Below, piece by piece: positions 36,966-47,533 of a stretch of DNA of 64,000 nt. Made by a program: the position numbers and the translations under genes. Position 1 is the first letter of the stretch; every line of letters begins with the position of its first letter. Source of the DNA: Mobula hypostoma (taxonomy: Eukaryota). Under the pieces are notes generated by a model. It did no database searches and was not told the DNA's origin. It saw nothing but the letters and a program-made list of their open reading frames with translations. Where the stretch lies: the NCBI RefSeq assembly GCF_963921235.1, contig NC_086108.1, positions 79,300,001 to 79,364,000 on the forward strand. Reading direction: 5' to 3'.

Positions 36966-37377
36966 TATGGATGGATTTAATGGATGGATATCTATAGATG
37001 TGTGTGGAGAGTGTATTGACTAGTAGCATCATGGCCTGGTATGGAAACACCAACGCTCTTGAATGGAAAATCCTACAAAAAGTTGTGGCTACCACCCAGT
37101 CCATTACAGATGAAACCGTCCCTACCATTGAGCACATCTACGTGGAGCACTGTTGCCAGAAAGTAGCATCCATCATCAAGGACTCTCACCACCCAGGGCA
37201 TGCTCTCTTCTTGCTTCTGCCATTAAGAAGAAGGTACAGGAGCTGTAGGACCCACACCACCAGGTTCAGGAATAGAAACATAGAAACATAGAAACATAGA
37301 AAATAGGTGCAGGAGTAGGCCATTCGGCCCTTCGAGCCTGCACCGCCATTTATTATGATCATGGCTGATCATCCAAC

Positions 37378-40300
37378 TCAGAACCCAGCCTTCCCTCCAT
37401 ACCCCCTGACCCCTGTAGCCACAAGGGCCATATCTAACTTCCTTTTAAACATAGCTAATGAACTGGCCTCAACAGTTTGCTGTGGCAGAGAATTCCACAG
37501 ATTCACCACTCTCTGTGTGAAGAAGTTTTTCCTAACCTCGGTCCTAAAAGGCTTCCCCTCTATCCTCAAACTGTGACCCCTCGTTCTAGACCTCCCCAAC
37601 ATCGGGAACAATCTTCCTGCATCTAGCCTGTCCAATCCCTTTAGGATCTTATACGTTTCAATCAGATCCCCCCTCAATCTTCTAAATTCCAACGAGTACA
37701 AGCCCAGTTCATCCAGTCTTTCTTCATATGAAAGACCTGCCATCCCAGGAATCAATCTGGTGAACCTTCTTTGTACTCCCTCTATGGCAAAGATGTCTTT
37801 CCTCAGATTAGGGGACCAAAACTGCACACAATACTCCAGGTGTGGTCTCACCAAGGCCTTGTACAACTGCAGTAGTACCTCCCTGCTCCTGTACTCGAAT
37901 CCTCTCGCTATAAATGCCAGCATACCGTTCGCCTTTTTCACCGCCTGCTGTACCTGCATGCCCACTTTCAATGACTGGTGTATAATGACACCCAGGTCTC
38001 GTTGCACCTCCCCTTTTCCTAATCGGCCACCATTCAGATAATAATCTGTTTTCCTATTTTTGCCACCAAAGTGGATAACTTCACATTTATCCACATTAAA
38101 TTGCATCTGCCATGAGTTTGCCCACTCACCCAACCTATCCAAGTCACCCTGCATCCTCTTAGCATCCTCCTCACTGCTAACACTGCCACCCAGCTTCGTG
38201 TCATCCGCAAACTTGGAGATGCTGCATTTAATTCCCTCATCCAAGTCATTAATATATATTGTAAACAACTGGGGTCCCAGCACTGAGCCTTGCGGTACCC
38301 CACTAGTCACCGCCTGCCATTCTGAAAAGGTCCCGTTTATTCCCACTCTTTGCTTCCTGTCTGCTAACCAATTCTCCACCCACACCAATACCTTACCCCC
38401 AATACCGTGTGCTTTAAGTTTGCACACTAATCTCCTATGTGGGACCTTGTCAAAAGCCTTTTGAAAATCCAAATATACCACATCCACTGGTTCTCCCCTA
38501 TCCACTCTACTAGTTACATCCTCAAAAAATTCTATGAGATTCGTCAGACATGATTTTCCTTTCACAAATCCATGCTGACTTTGTCCGATCATTTCACCGC
38601 TTTCCAAATGTGCTGTTATCACATCCTTGATAACTGACTCCAGCAGTTTCCCCACCACCGACGTTAGGCTAACCGGCCTATAATTCCCCGGTTTCTCTCT
38701 CCCTCCTTTTTTAAAAAGTGGGGTTACATTAGCCACCCTCCAATCCTCAGGAACTAGTCCAGAATCTAACGAGTTTTGAAAAATTATCACTAATGCATCC
38801 ACTATTTCTTGGGCCACTTCCTTAAGCACTCTGGGATGCAGACCATCTGGCCCTGGGGATTTATCTGCCTTCAATCCCTTCAATTTACCTAACACCACTT
38901 CCCTACTAACATGTATTTCGCTCAGTTCCTCCATCTCACTGGACCCTCTGTCCCTTACTATTTCTGGAAGATTATTTATGTCCTCCTTAGTGAAGACAGA
39001 ACCAAAGTAATTATTCAATTGGTCTGCCATGTCCTTGCTCCCCATAATCAATTCACCTGTTTCTGTTTGCAGGGGACCTACATTTGTCTTTATCAGTCTT
39101 TTCCTTTTTACATATCTATAAAAGCTTTTACAGTCCGTTTTTATGTTCTCTGCCAGTTTTCTCTCATAATCTTTTTTCCCCTTCCTAATTAAGCCCTTTG
39201 TCCTCCTCTGCTGAACTCTGAATTTCTCCCAGTCCTCAGGTGAGCCACTTTCTCTGGCTAATTTGTATGCTACTTCTTTGGAATTGATACTATCCCTAAT
39301 TTCTCTTGTCAGCCACGGGTGCACTACCTTCCTTGATTTATTCTTTTGCCAAACTGGGATGAACAATTGTTGTAGTTCATCCATGCAACCTTTAAATGCC
39401 TGCCATTGCATATCCACCGTCAATCCTTGAAGTGTCATTTGCCAGTCTATCTTAGCTAATTCATGTCTCATACCTTCAAAGTTACCCCTCTTTAAGTTCA
39501 GAACCTTTGTTTCTGAATTAACTACGTCACTCTCCATGTTAATGAAGAATTCCACCATATTATGGTCACTCTTACCCAAGGGGCCTCTCACGACAAGATC
39601 GCTAATTAACCCTTCCTCATTGCTCAAAACCCAGTCCAGAATAGCCTGCTCTCTAGTCGGTTCCTCGACATGTTGGTTCAAAAAACCATCCCGCATACAT
39701 TCCAAGAAATCCTCTTCCTCAGCACCTTTACCAATTTGGTTCACCCAGTCTACATGTAGATTGAAGTCACCCATTATAACTGCTGTTCCTTTATTGCACA
39801 CATTTCTAATTTCCTGTTTAATACCATCTCCGACCTCACTACTACTGTTAGGTGGCCTGTACACAACTCCCACCAGCGTCTTCTGCCCCTTAGTGTTACG
39901 CAGCTCTACCCATATCGATTCCACATCTTCCCGGCTTATGTCCTTCCTTTCTATTGCGTTAATCTCTTTTTTAACCAGCAACGCCACCCCACCTCCCCTT
40001 CCTTCGTGTCTATCCCTCCTGAATATTGAATATCCCTGAACGTTGAGCTCCCATCCCTGGTCACCCTGGAGCCATGTCTCTGTGATCCCAACTATATCAT
40101 AATCATTAATAACAATCTGCACTTTCAATTCATCCACCTTATTACGAATGCTCCTTGCATTGACACATAAAGCCTTCAGGCACTCTTTTACAACTCTCTT
40201 AGCCCTTTTTAATGCTTGCCCTGGATTTGTCGGCCTGCCACTTTTACTTTTCCCCTTTGTACTTTTTGCTTCTACGCTCACTTTACACCCCTCTGTCTCT

Positions 40301-40392
40301 CTGCACTGGTTCCCATCCCTCTGTTGTGAACTAACCCCCTCACACCTAGCCGCTTTAATTTGATTCCCACCCCCCAACCATTCTAGTTTAAA
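37378..40392 (-). CDS. CR1 ORF2: APE endonuclease plus reverse transcriptase; no upstream in-frame ATG
   Basis: NARS, ITETW, YRPP, GDFN, LDWVL, SDHN; SPGPDG, YRPVSLTS, QHGF, DFQKAFD, GVPQGSVLGP, FADD, DLGV; frame is open from the TGA at 40401-40399. Confidence 0.95.
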   Translation of the reverse strand, partial: FKLEWLGGGNQIKAARCEGVSSQQRDGNQCRETEGCKVSVEAKSTKGKSKSGRPTNPGQALKRAKRVVKECLKALCVNARSIRNKVDELKVQIVINDYDIVGITETWLQGDQGWELNVQGYSIFRRDRHEGRGGGVALLVKKEINAIERKDISREDVESIWVELRNTKGQKTLVGVVYRPPNSSSEVGDGIKQEIRNVCNKGTAVIMGDFNLHVDWVNQIGKGAEEEDFLECMRDGFLNQHVEEPTREQAILDWVLSNEEGLISDLVVRGPLGKSDHNMVEFFINMESDVVNSETKVLNLKRGNFEGMRHELAKIDWQMTLQGLTVDMQWQAFKGCMDELQQLFIPVWQKNKSRKVVHPWLTREIRDSINSKEVAYKLARESGSPEDWEKFRVQQRRTKGLIRKGKKDYERKLAENIKTDCKSFYRYVKRKRLIKTNVGPLQTETGELIMGSKDMADQLNNYFGSVFTKEDINNLPEIVRDRGSSEMEELSEIHVSREVVLGKLKGLKADKSPGPDGLHPRVLKEVAQEIVDALVIIFQNSLDSGLVPEDWRVANVTPLFKKGGREKPGNYRPVSLTSVVGKLLESVIKDVITAHLESGEMIGQSQHGFVKGKSCLTNLIEFFEDVTSRVDRGEPVDVVYLDFQKAFDKVPHRRLVCKLKAHGIGGKVLVWVENWLADRKQRVGINGTFSEWQAVTSGVPQGSVLGPQLFTIYINDLDEGIKCSISKFADDTKLGGSVSSEEDAKRMQGDLDRLGEWANSWQMQFNVDKCEVIHFGGKNRKTDYYLNGGRLGKGEVQRDLGVIIHQSLKVGMQVQQAVKKANGMLAFIARGFEYRSREVLLQLYKALVRPHLEYCVQFWSPNLRKDIFAIEGVQRRFTRLIPGMAGLSYEERLDELGLYSLEFRRLRGDLIETYKILKGLDRLDAGRLFPMLGRSRTRGHSLRIEGKPFRTEVRKNFFTQRVVNLWNSLPQQTVEASSLAMFKRKLDMALVATGVRGYGGKAGF

Positions 40393-41318
40393 GTCACCTC
40401 AGTAGCCCCCGCTAATCTCCCTGCCAGGATATTGGTCCCCCGAGGATTTAAGTGTAACCCGTCCTTTTTGTACAGGTCACACCTGCGCCAAAAGAGGTCC
40501 CAATGATCCAAAAACTTGAATCCCTGCCCCCTGCTCCAATCCCTCAGCCACGCATTTATCCTCCACCTCATCGCATTCCTACTCTCACTGTCGCGTGGCA
40601 CAGGCAGTAATCCCGAGATTACTACCTTTGCGGTCCTTTTTCTCAACTCCCTTCCTAGCTCCCTATATTCTTCTTTCAGGACCTCATCCCTTTTCCTACC
40701 TATGTCATTGGTACCTATATGTACCAGGACCTCTGGCTCTTCACCCTCCCACTTCAGGATATCTTGGACACGATCAGAAATATCCCGGACCCTGGCACCA
40801 GGGAGGCAAACTACCATCCGAGTCTCTGGACTGCGTCCACAGAATCGCCTATCTGACCCCCTTACTATCGAGTCCCCTATCACAACTGCCCTCCTCTTCC
40901 TTGCCCTACCCTTCTGAGCTACAGGGCCAGACTCTGTGCCGGAGGCAGGGCCACTGTCGCTTCCCCCGGGTAAGCTGTCCCCCCCAACAGTACTCAAACA
41001 GGAGTACCTGTTGTTAAGGGGCACAGCCGCCGGGGTACTCCCCATCACCTTCCTTTTCCCCTTCCCCCTCCTAACCGTGACCCACTTGTCTGCCTCCCGT
41101 GGCCCCGGCGTGACCACCTGCCTTCCACTCCTCTCTATCACCTCCTCACTCTCCCTGACCAGACGAAGGTCATCGAGCTGCAGCTCCAGTTCCGTAACGC
41201 GGTCCCTTAGGAGCTGCATCTCGATGCACTTGGCGCAGATGTAGACGTCCGGGAGGCTTGGAGACTCCAGGGCCTCCCACATCCGACACCGAGAACAGCA
41301 AACTGCCCTCACAGTCAT
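40383..41318 (-). CDS. CR1 ORF1 (311 aa from ATG 41318): zinc finger, coiled coil, SGNH esterase domain
   Basis: CCSRC...YICAKC; LRDRVTELELQLDDL; GDSIVR, CLPGA, HIGTND, DGLHLN motifs. Confidence 0.93.
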   Translation of the reverse strand: MTVRAVCCSRCRMWEALESPSLPDVYICAKCIEMQLLRDRVTELELQLDDLRLVRESEEVIERSGRQVVTPGPREADKWVTVRRGKGKRKVMGSTPAAVPLNNRYSCLSTVGGDSLPGGSDSGPASGTESGPVAQKGRARKRRAVVIGDSIVRGSDRRFCGRSPETRMVVCLPGARVRDISDRVQDILKWEGEEPEVLVHIGTNDIGRKRDEVLKEEYRELGRELRKRTAKVVISGLLPVPRDSESRNAMRWRINAWLRDWSRGQGFKFLDHWDLFWRRCDLYKKDGLHLNPRGTNILAGRLAGATEVTLN

Positions 41319-41759
41319 AATGCCCCTCTCCTCAAATAGCAACAGAAAATGAATGTCAAACCTTCCTCGCCTCGCCCGCTTCCGCCTAATTGATATTATC
41401 CTCAATCATCAGGCTCTTGAACCAAAGTAGATAACTTCACTCAACTTCACTCGCCTCATCACTGAACTAGTCCACAATCTACGGACTCGCTTTCAAGGAC
41501 TCATAATCTCATGTTCTTGATAGTTATTGTTTGTTTATTTATTTATTTATGTTTTATTTGTATTTACACAGTTTGTTGTTTCTTGCACATTGGTTGTTTG
41601 TCCTATTGGGTGTGGTTTTTCATTGATTCCATTATGTTTTTTGGAAGTTCCTGTGTATGACCACAAGCAAACAAATCTCAGGGTTGTGTATGATGACATT
41701 TATGCATTTTGATAAGAAATTTACTTTGTACTTTGAAGCATTGCCTTTTGAAGATATCC

Positions 41760-42800
41760 TCATGAATGAGGATTGGTAACATCTCCTCCTCACTGACGAT
41801 CAACACATGTGCATTCAAGGTTGTGCTCTTCTCCCCCTCCAATGCTCTCTATACAACATAATTGTGCAGTTAAACTCAGCTGAAAGGCCTTCTTCAAATT
41901 TGCTGACAACACTATTGTTGTTGGATGAGTTAGTTTACTGGAGTGAGATAGGTCACCTGATTAAGTGATGCTACAAAATAAAACTCTAGCTCAATGTCAG
42001 TAAAAATAAAGAGTTGATTGTTGACTTCAGGAAGGGGAAGGAAGGTGAAGATGCATCAGTTTACATTGGCGATCAGCAGAGGAGTGAGTTGGCAGCTTTA
42101 AATTCCTGGGCATTTAGATATTGATGACCTGTTCTAGACACAGCACATAGACACAATCATAAGGAAAATGTGCCAGCATTTTAAGCATTTAAGCATCTGA
42201 AGGAGTTTCAGCTTATCATTGAACACTAACAAAGTTCTACAGGCGTACTGCTGAAAATATCCTGACTGGATGCAACGTGGTCTGGAGCGGCTATTTAAAT
42301 GCACAAGAATATAAGAGAGTGCAGTGGACTCTGCCCAATACATCAAGGGCACACCCCTCCACAACAAAGCTATTAGCTAAAGGACGTACTGCCTCAAGAA
42401 GGCAAAATCTGTCGTCAAATATCCCCACCACTTGGGCCATGCCATCTTTTCACGGCTACCAATGGGCAGGAGATACTAAAGCCTGAAGTTCCACACCACC
42501 AGGTTCAAGAACATTTACTCCTCTTCAACCATTCACATATCGAACCAACAGGCAGAACTTGAATCACTACAGTTCAAAAGTACATTGGAAACTTTGATCA
42601 TCTTCCACTAAAATAGACATTGATTTTTTTTTGTTGTATTTTCTTGTAAAAATTGTGCATAATTTATGTTTAATTTATAGTTTTCTTGTGAATGCTGTTT
42701 ATGTGATTCTCTGTGGCTGTGATACTGCTTCAAGTAAGTTTTTCTTTACATCTGTGCATGCACGTAATTGTGGATATGACAATGAACTTGATTTAATGAC
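41760..42800 (+). mobile_element. Decayed Rex1/Babar RT and 3' fragment
   Basis: QGCALL, KFADNTIVVG, LNVSKNKELIVDFRK, SFKFLG, TTRFKN remnants. Confidence 0.78.
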
Positions 42801-43166
42801 ATTATAAATGTTTGAAAGATCGAGGAATTGAAGGTTCTGGGAAACTTAGCACAGAAGAGGCCAGTGTAGATCAACTATGATCACACCGAAAGGCAGGGCA
42901 GAATTGAAGGTCCTACTTGCTCTTATTAGTAATAAAATTACTTAATAGTATTTGCTCCTATTTTCTTATGAAGGACAGGATGAGTGAGGAAAAAATGTAA
43001 GGTGCAGAGGCAGGTTTCGAGAAAAGAATTGGCATATCAGAGAGCAGAGAGAGACTTATGACCTTGCAGGGTTTTGCCCTTTTGATTATGAGACATGCCT
43101 TGCTTTATTTTTTAAGTGACATCATTGTGGAATAATTTTGCCCTTTTCATTTATTTTAATATGTAG

Positions 43167-43194
43167 GTTCAGCAACCAACTGCAAAAGTATGTT
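43167..43194 (+). other. Candidate micro-exon (21 or 28 nt)
   Basis: T-rich tract ending TGTAG; donors GTATGT (43188) and GTAAGT (43195). Confidence 0.25.
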
Positions 43195-44719
43195 GTAAGT
43201 CCAGAAGCTGTCAGCTGGCTGCACATTGTAGGGGGAGCATTAGTCCTGTATGATCCTTGTTCAGGCTTATTTAATTAGCTTTCACTTAGGGCAGGCAGAG
43301 AGATTCAGTTGCACTTCAAGCAGTAAATTCATAGACTAGTGATCTATTAGATATAGATTAATTGTAAACGTAGAGAATATTTTTCCTCAGTAGTAGTTGC
43401 CCAACGAAATAAAAATATTCAGAAAAAAAGCCAATAGAACAAGAGAAAGAATTGTTTTTAAATTATTCACGGTTCTGTGATCAGATGTTTAAAAAGGAGT
43501 GTCATGGTGAAACTCTTTCTATGCAGTCTGTGAATATCTATCTGCCTTTTTCTGCTTCAGACATCAGCTGTGGTGTCGGAGCAAAGTGCAGATGCAGACT
43601 GAAGGCCAGGTGCTTCTCCACATGGAGGGAGAAGAAATCACCCCCAGGGTAAAAACCCTCTCAGCACCTTTTTGCAGCATGTTCAAGAACAACATTGCTG
43701 GAGGCAAGGGGCTGGATCACCTACCTATTCTTTCAACCAAGAAACAGTATTGAGAGCAGCTGCAAGAGGAAGGGACCTAAGAGATGAATTTTTATTTGGG
43801 GAGTAAAAACAAGGCAAATAAAGTGATTTGGAAATTAGTGAATTAACAGGAAAAAATGATGAGATGTGTGATTATTTGTGGGCTTACAACATTTAATTCA
43901 CAGTTCTGACAGGTCACAAACAACATCAAATCAGATATTGAATTGTTTTCATATTCAATAAACCTGCAGCATTATTTTGTTAGGGACTAACCGGCTAAAT
44001 ACAGCAGCCAGTATTTCAATGTAAATGATAACACACCGACTATTGATGTTCAACTGAGCAATGTTTGGTGTCAAGCAATTTCTTCTTCAATACCAACAAT
44101 ATCTCAGAATAGATTTTTAAGAATTTAAGAAAATATACCTCAAGAAAAAGCACAGATCTTCTGTAGAGAACACCTTCAAGCTTTCTTTGTAATCCCTTGG
44201 GGTCCTCAGCTCAAAAAGTTGAAAATGATTTGGGGAACAAAGTAATATCGATATACATATATATATGTCAGAGCTTTGTAACATGTCACCTTGATGCAAT
44301 GGTTGGCAGCCTCACACCCATGATTTACCACAAAGCAAATTGCTGGTTCCACCCCTGATAATAGCAGAAGGCTTTGAGTTGAGGGGCAGGCATTGCTTCA
44401 GTAGGAGTGTGACAACAGTAATGATGAATCACACCAATTGAACCCACCTAATCAATCCAGTGCAAATGATAAATTGACAGAAATGTATGTTTGTTCCTTT
44501 CTGCCTCTTGTTCTCAAATGGGGAAAAGAATGTACTGCCAAAAGTGAAAAGAAATCCCAAAGTACAGTACCAACAGAAATATATGCAAACTATTAAAATA
44601 TGAATGTCCTTATTGAGATTTTACTTCCATGATAAGAAATATTTACTGACTGTGTAACATTCCAAGATGAATAAAATATTAATGATAAAAGTCAGATATT
44701 AATTTACCATTGTAGGTCT

Positions 44720-45305
44720 GGTTCCTTAAGTTGTTATAGCTGAAGGTGGTAATGGAGACAAGCTCTTCCCACCTATTGAATGCTCCCAATGGCATGCGTC
44801 TCAGATAGCCCCTGACAACCATGTCCAGTTCCTGGCCTTCATCTGTGGCTTAGCTGCTAAGCCAGGCAGAACCGTTTCTACTAACAGAGGAAGGGGCAAA
44901 GGCACTGATACCTTAAAACCAGTCACTTCAGCAGATGGGGCTTGTGACCCGTGGTCAGCAGCTCATCTAGGAGAAGGAAAACTCTAATCTCAAACCCCTA
45001 CTGCCATGCCACTATACCTGCTCACGGGGAGGGCTTTGGGAGTAAACTCTGAGGGAAAAATCCAGAGCTGGAGTCCCCAAGGCAGTATGACCTTGAGTTC
45101 AATGCTGACTGGCAACTCCTGTGACCTGCTGCTGCCAAACTATATTAGTCTCAGCTGTTCCTTTGGGTTCATCAGGTGCATGGAGAAGGGGAGCTTGCTA
45201 TATGGGCAACAGCTTGCTCTCCATATTGTTCTGCCGAAGATTGTGTATCTAGACAGCGAGAATGCAACATCCATGGTCAACCCTGACCGATGCAGGCCTC
45301 ATCAT
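44720..45305 (+). mobile_element. Bipartite non-autonomous RTE-derived element (5'UTR plus short 3' end)
   Basis: RTE-type 5'UTR motif ctaggagaaggaaaactctaatctcaaacc; no credible ORF; 3' half homologous to the SINE body at 26094-26270. Confidence 0.65.
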
Positions 45306-45994
45306 TTGTAGATCCAAAACAGCTCTCTCGATGATTTAATTTTATTTCGTCATGGGATGTGGATAGTATTGGAAGAGCCAACATTTATCATCCATTCCTA
45401 ATTGCCTTTGGGAAAGTTATTCAGGTTCAAATTCATTTATTTATCACAGGATACATTAAAACATACAGAGAATGTGTCATTTGTGTTAACAACCAACACA
45501 ACCTAAGACCTGTAAAAGTGATTCCACACAGTCCCGTGCAAACAAAGCATGCCCACTATGTTTTTTTAAATTGTACTTTATTTAATTGTCCCAATCTGTG
45601 GGGTGAAGCTTCACTCTGTGCTATTCCCAATATCTTATGTCCAAGAAGAAATGGCAACTGTAATTATTTCAAAGTCAGGGTGATTGCCTCCTGTCCTAAT
45701 CCTTCTAGGTGGTAGAGTGTTTTGATAATACTGGTGAATAAAAATATGACAAATAATTAAAGGTCCGAGAAATTGATTCATTTCATAAACTTGTCCATTT
45801 TTTCCTATTGCCCATTGAATTTTTGCTCATCTCAAGTATTTGCCCTACCTAAAAGAAAAAAAATGAAAAACCTGCTTCCAGGTGTCCAATTATTGCTCTA
45901 TAATTGTTTCTCCTACATTTCTCTCGTCTTTCAAAATACCTCTATTTGATACTTCCTGATGTTATGCTGACAGAAACACTTGGAAAAGTTCTAT

Positions 45995-46123
45995 TACATG
46001 GAGCTTAGAAAAATAGAGGGCTATGGGTAAGCCTAGGTAGTTCTAAGGTAAGGACATGTTCAGCACAGCTTTGTGGGCCGAAGGGCCTATATTATGCTGT
46101 AGGTTCCTATGTTCTATGTTCTA
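45995..46123 (+). mobile_element. CR1 extreme 3' fragment, same subfamily as 1663-4217
   Basis: Matches the reverse complement of about 1670-1785; (TTCTATG)n tail. Confidence 0.85.
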
Positions 46124-46447
46124 AAATTTAGGTTTCAAGTCCACTTTGTTCTGCATTATAATTTCCATTGCCTGGATTTTAAATATTACCTACCTGAAAT
46201 CCTAATTTTGATTTTCTTTCGGAATTTTTTATACATTCTGACATTTATTTCAATAATAGCTCTATGATATAGCAACAAAGAATAATGTGAATTATTCTTA
46301 TAGTTTTTCACTATATGCCAAAATATAAGCTTCTCCACCATTATTTTCAATGTAGTGATTTGCCTCTCACAGCCATAGATGGCGGAGCATATCTTCTGGT
46401 GGTAGAAGACTCTTCAAAGGAGAAAGCTAAAGTAATACTTGTACATA

Positions 46448-47533
46448 TGTTAGTAGTTGGCTCCGAACTGACACTATGAGATTGCAGATAAAAGGCTAAT
46501 CGTTTCCTTTAGCCTGGTTGTATAGGCAGGTACTTAAGGATTATTATCAATGTTCCCTCTAATTTGTAATGACCAGTGTGCGCAAAAATCTTGTGCTGTG
46601 CAATTTTTTGCCCAGTGACGGCAACATGGGTGCACTGAATAATTTCTTCAATAAAAACAGTATAAATAAGGCAGTTATAAAATCTGCAGACTAATCATCT
46701 CTAACTCTATGTTGTAAGCACTGTCCGCATCAGAAATTGGAAAAGGAAATGCGATTGTGCACAATCGTGAAATATACTTAACATGCCAAGGAGGTAGTGG
46801 GTGACAACCTTTTGCGCGCAGTTTAAATTCCTTTGTGTGCCAGCAGCAAAAGATGTGTGTTCGCACACCTTAGAGGGAACACTGATTATTACGCTGTATT
46901 GGAGGGGTCGTGACTATCACGTGACAGTACTGCCCATTACCTGGTCGAAAGACACGCCACCTGCCAATCAAGGTTTGACCCCTCCTTGCCCACCAATGCA
47001 CACCTAACTATTGGCCCCTTTAATTAGCCTTGTACTTGGCCTCGGGCAATTGGGCTTCCTGTGAATTACCTGGGTGGGACCCTCCAGCCCTGCTGCACTA
47101 TAAAGGGTGCCACGTGTGCTGGACCCTTCCTCTTTGCTATCCGAGGGATCACTCTGCTTCACTCCAGGCTGAGAACCGTGGAACCGTGCTGGAGAAATTA
47201 TTGGTGAGTTGTGCATTGAATAGGGTTGGGACCGTTGGTTATTGTCCCTAAAAGCAGAGAGCTGTGCCTGCAGAGTCAAGGGGTGGCGGGTATCGTATTG
47301 ACTTTTCCCTTGGTCGTATGTGCGCGTGCATGTACTTTGTCCCCACGTGATTTTCCCGCGTTTGTTATTAATTGTCCGCGTGCGTTTTGTTGCCGATCCG
47401 ACTACTGTAAATTGTGCGTGTGTGCGTGTTGCTATTTTCCCACGTTTGCCTTCTGTAAATAAAATCCTTTACACCAAGACTGTGTCCAGAGTCCTCGCCT
47501 TTGAGACCTACTGAATCTGTTTCCTCACTTACA
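46448..47533 (+). mobile_element. Probable solo LTR (about 740 bp excluding the nested MITE)
   Basis: TGT...ACA termini with 5-bp TSD ACATA (46443-46447 / 47534-47538); CCAAT motifs, TATAAA at about 47099, GGTGAGT donor-like site, AATAAA 47458-47463; CpG-rich. Left boundary uncertain. Confidence 0.65.
46548..46884. mobile_element. hAT-type MITE (337 bp)
   Basis: 15-bp TIRs CAATGTTCCCTCTAA / TTAGAGGGAACACTG; 8-bp TSD ATTATTAT / ATTATTAC (46540-46547 / 46885-46892). Confidence 0.9.

Larger units (their letters stand above)
37272..41388 (-). mobile_element. Near full-length CR1 LINE with both ORFs intact
   Basis: About 70-nt 5' leader, ORF1, ORF2 without stops, 3' UTR and (TTTCTATG)n tail at 37272-37303. 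Confidence 0.97.
36990..41740 (+). mobile_element. Rex1/Babar 3' fragment split by the intact CR1
   Basis: VESVLTSSIMAWYGN...KVASIIKDSHHPGH...TTRFRN up to 37271; resumes about 41390 (ttatcctcaatcatcaggctcttgaacc) through the tail. Confidence 0.75.

Noticed and set aside
37760..41244. Antisense ORFs over CR1 (also 16630-17070, 18204-19044, 2162-3016)
   Set aside because: Shadow frames of LINE coding sequence, recurring in each copy with no independent protein signature
41319..41405. N-terminal 29 residues of the listed 340-aa ORF1
   Set aside because: Begins at a TTG outside the element, in the host Rex fragment; the first ATG at 41318 directly precedes the zinc finger
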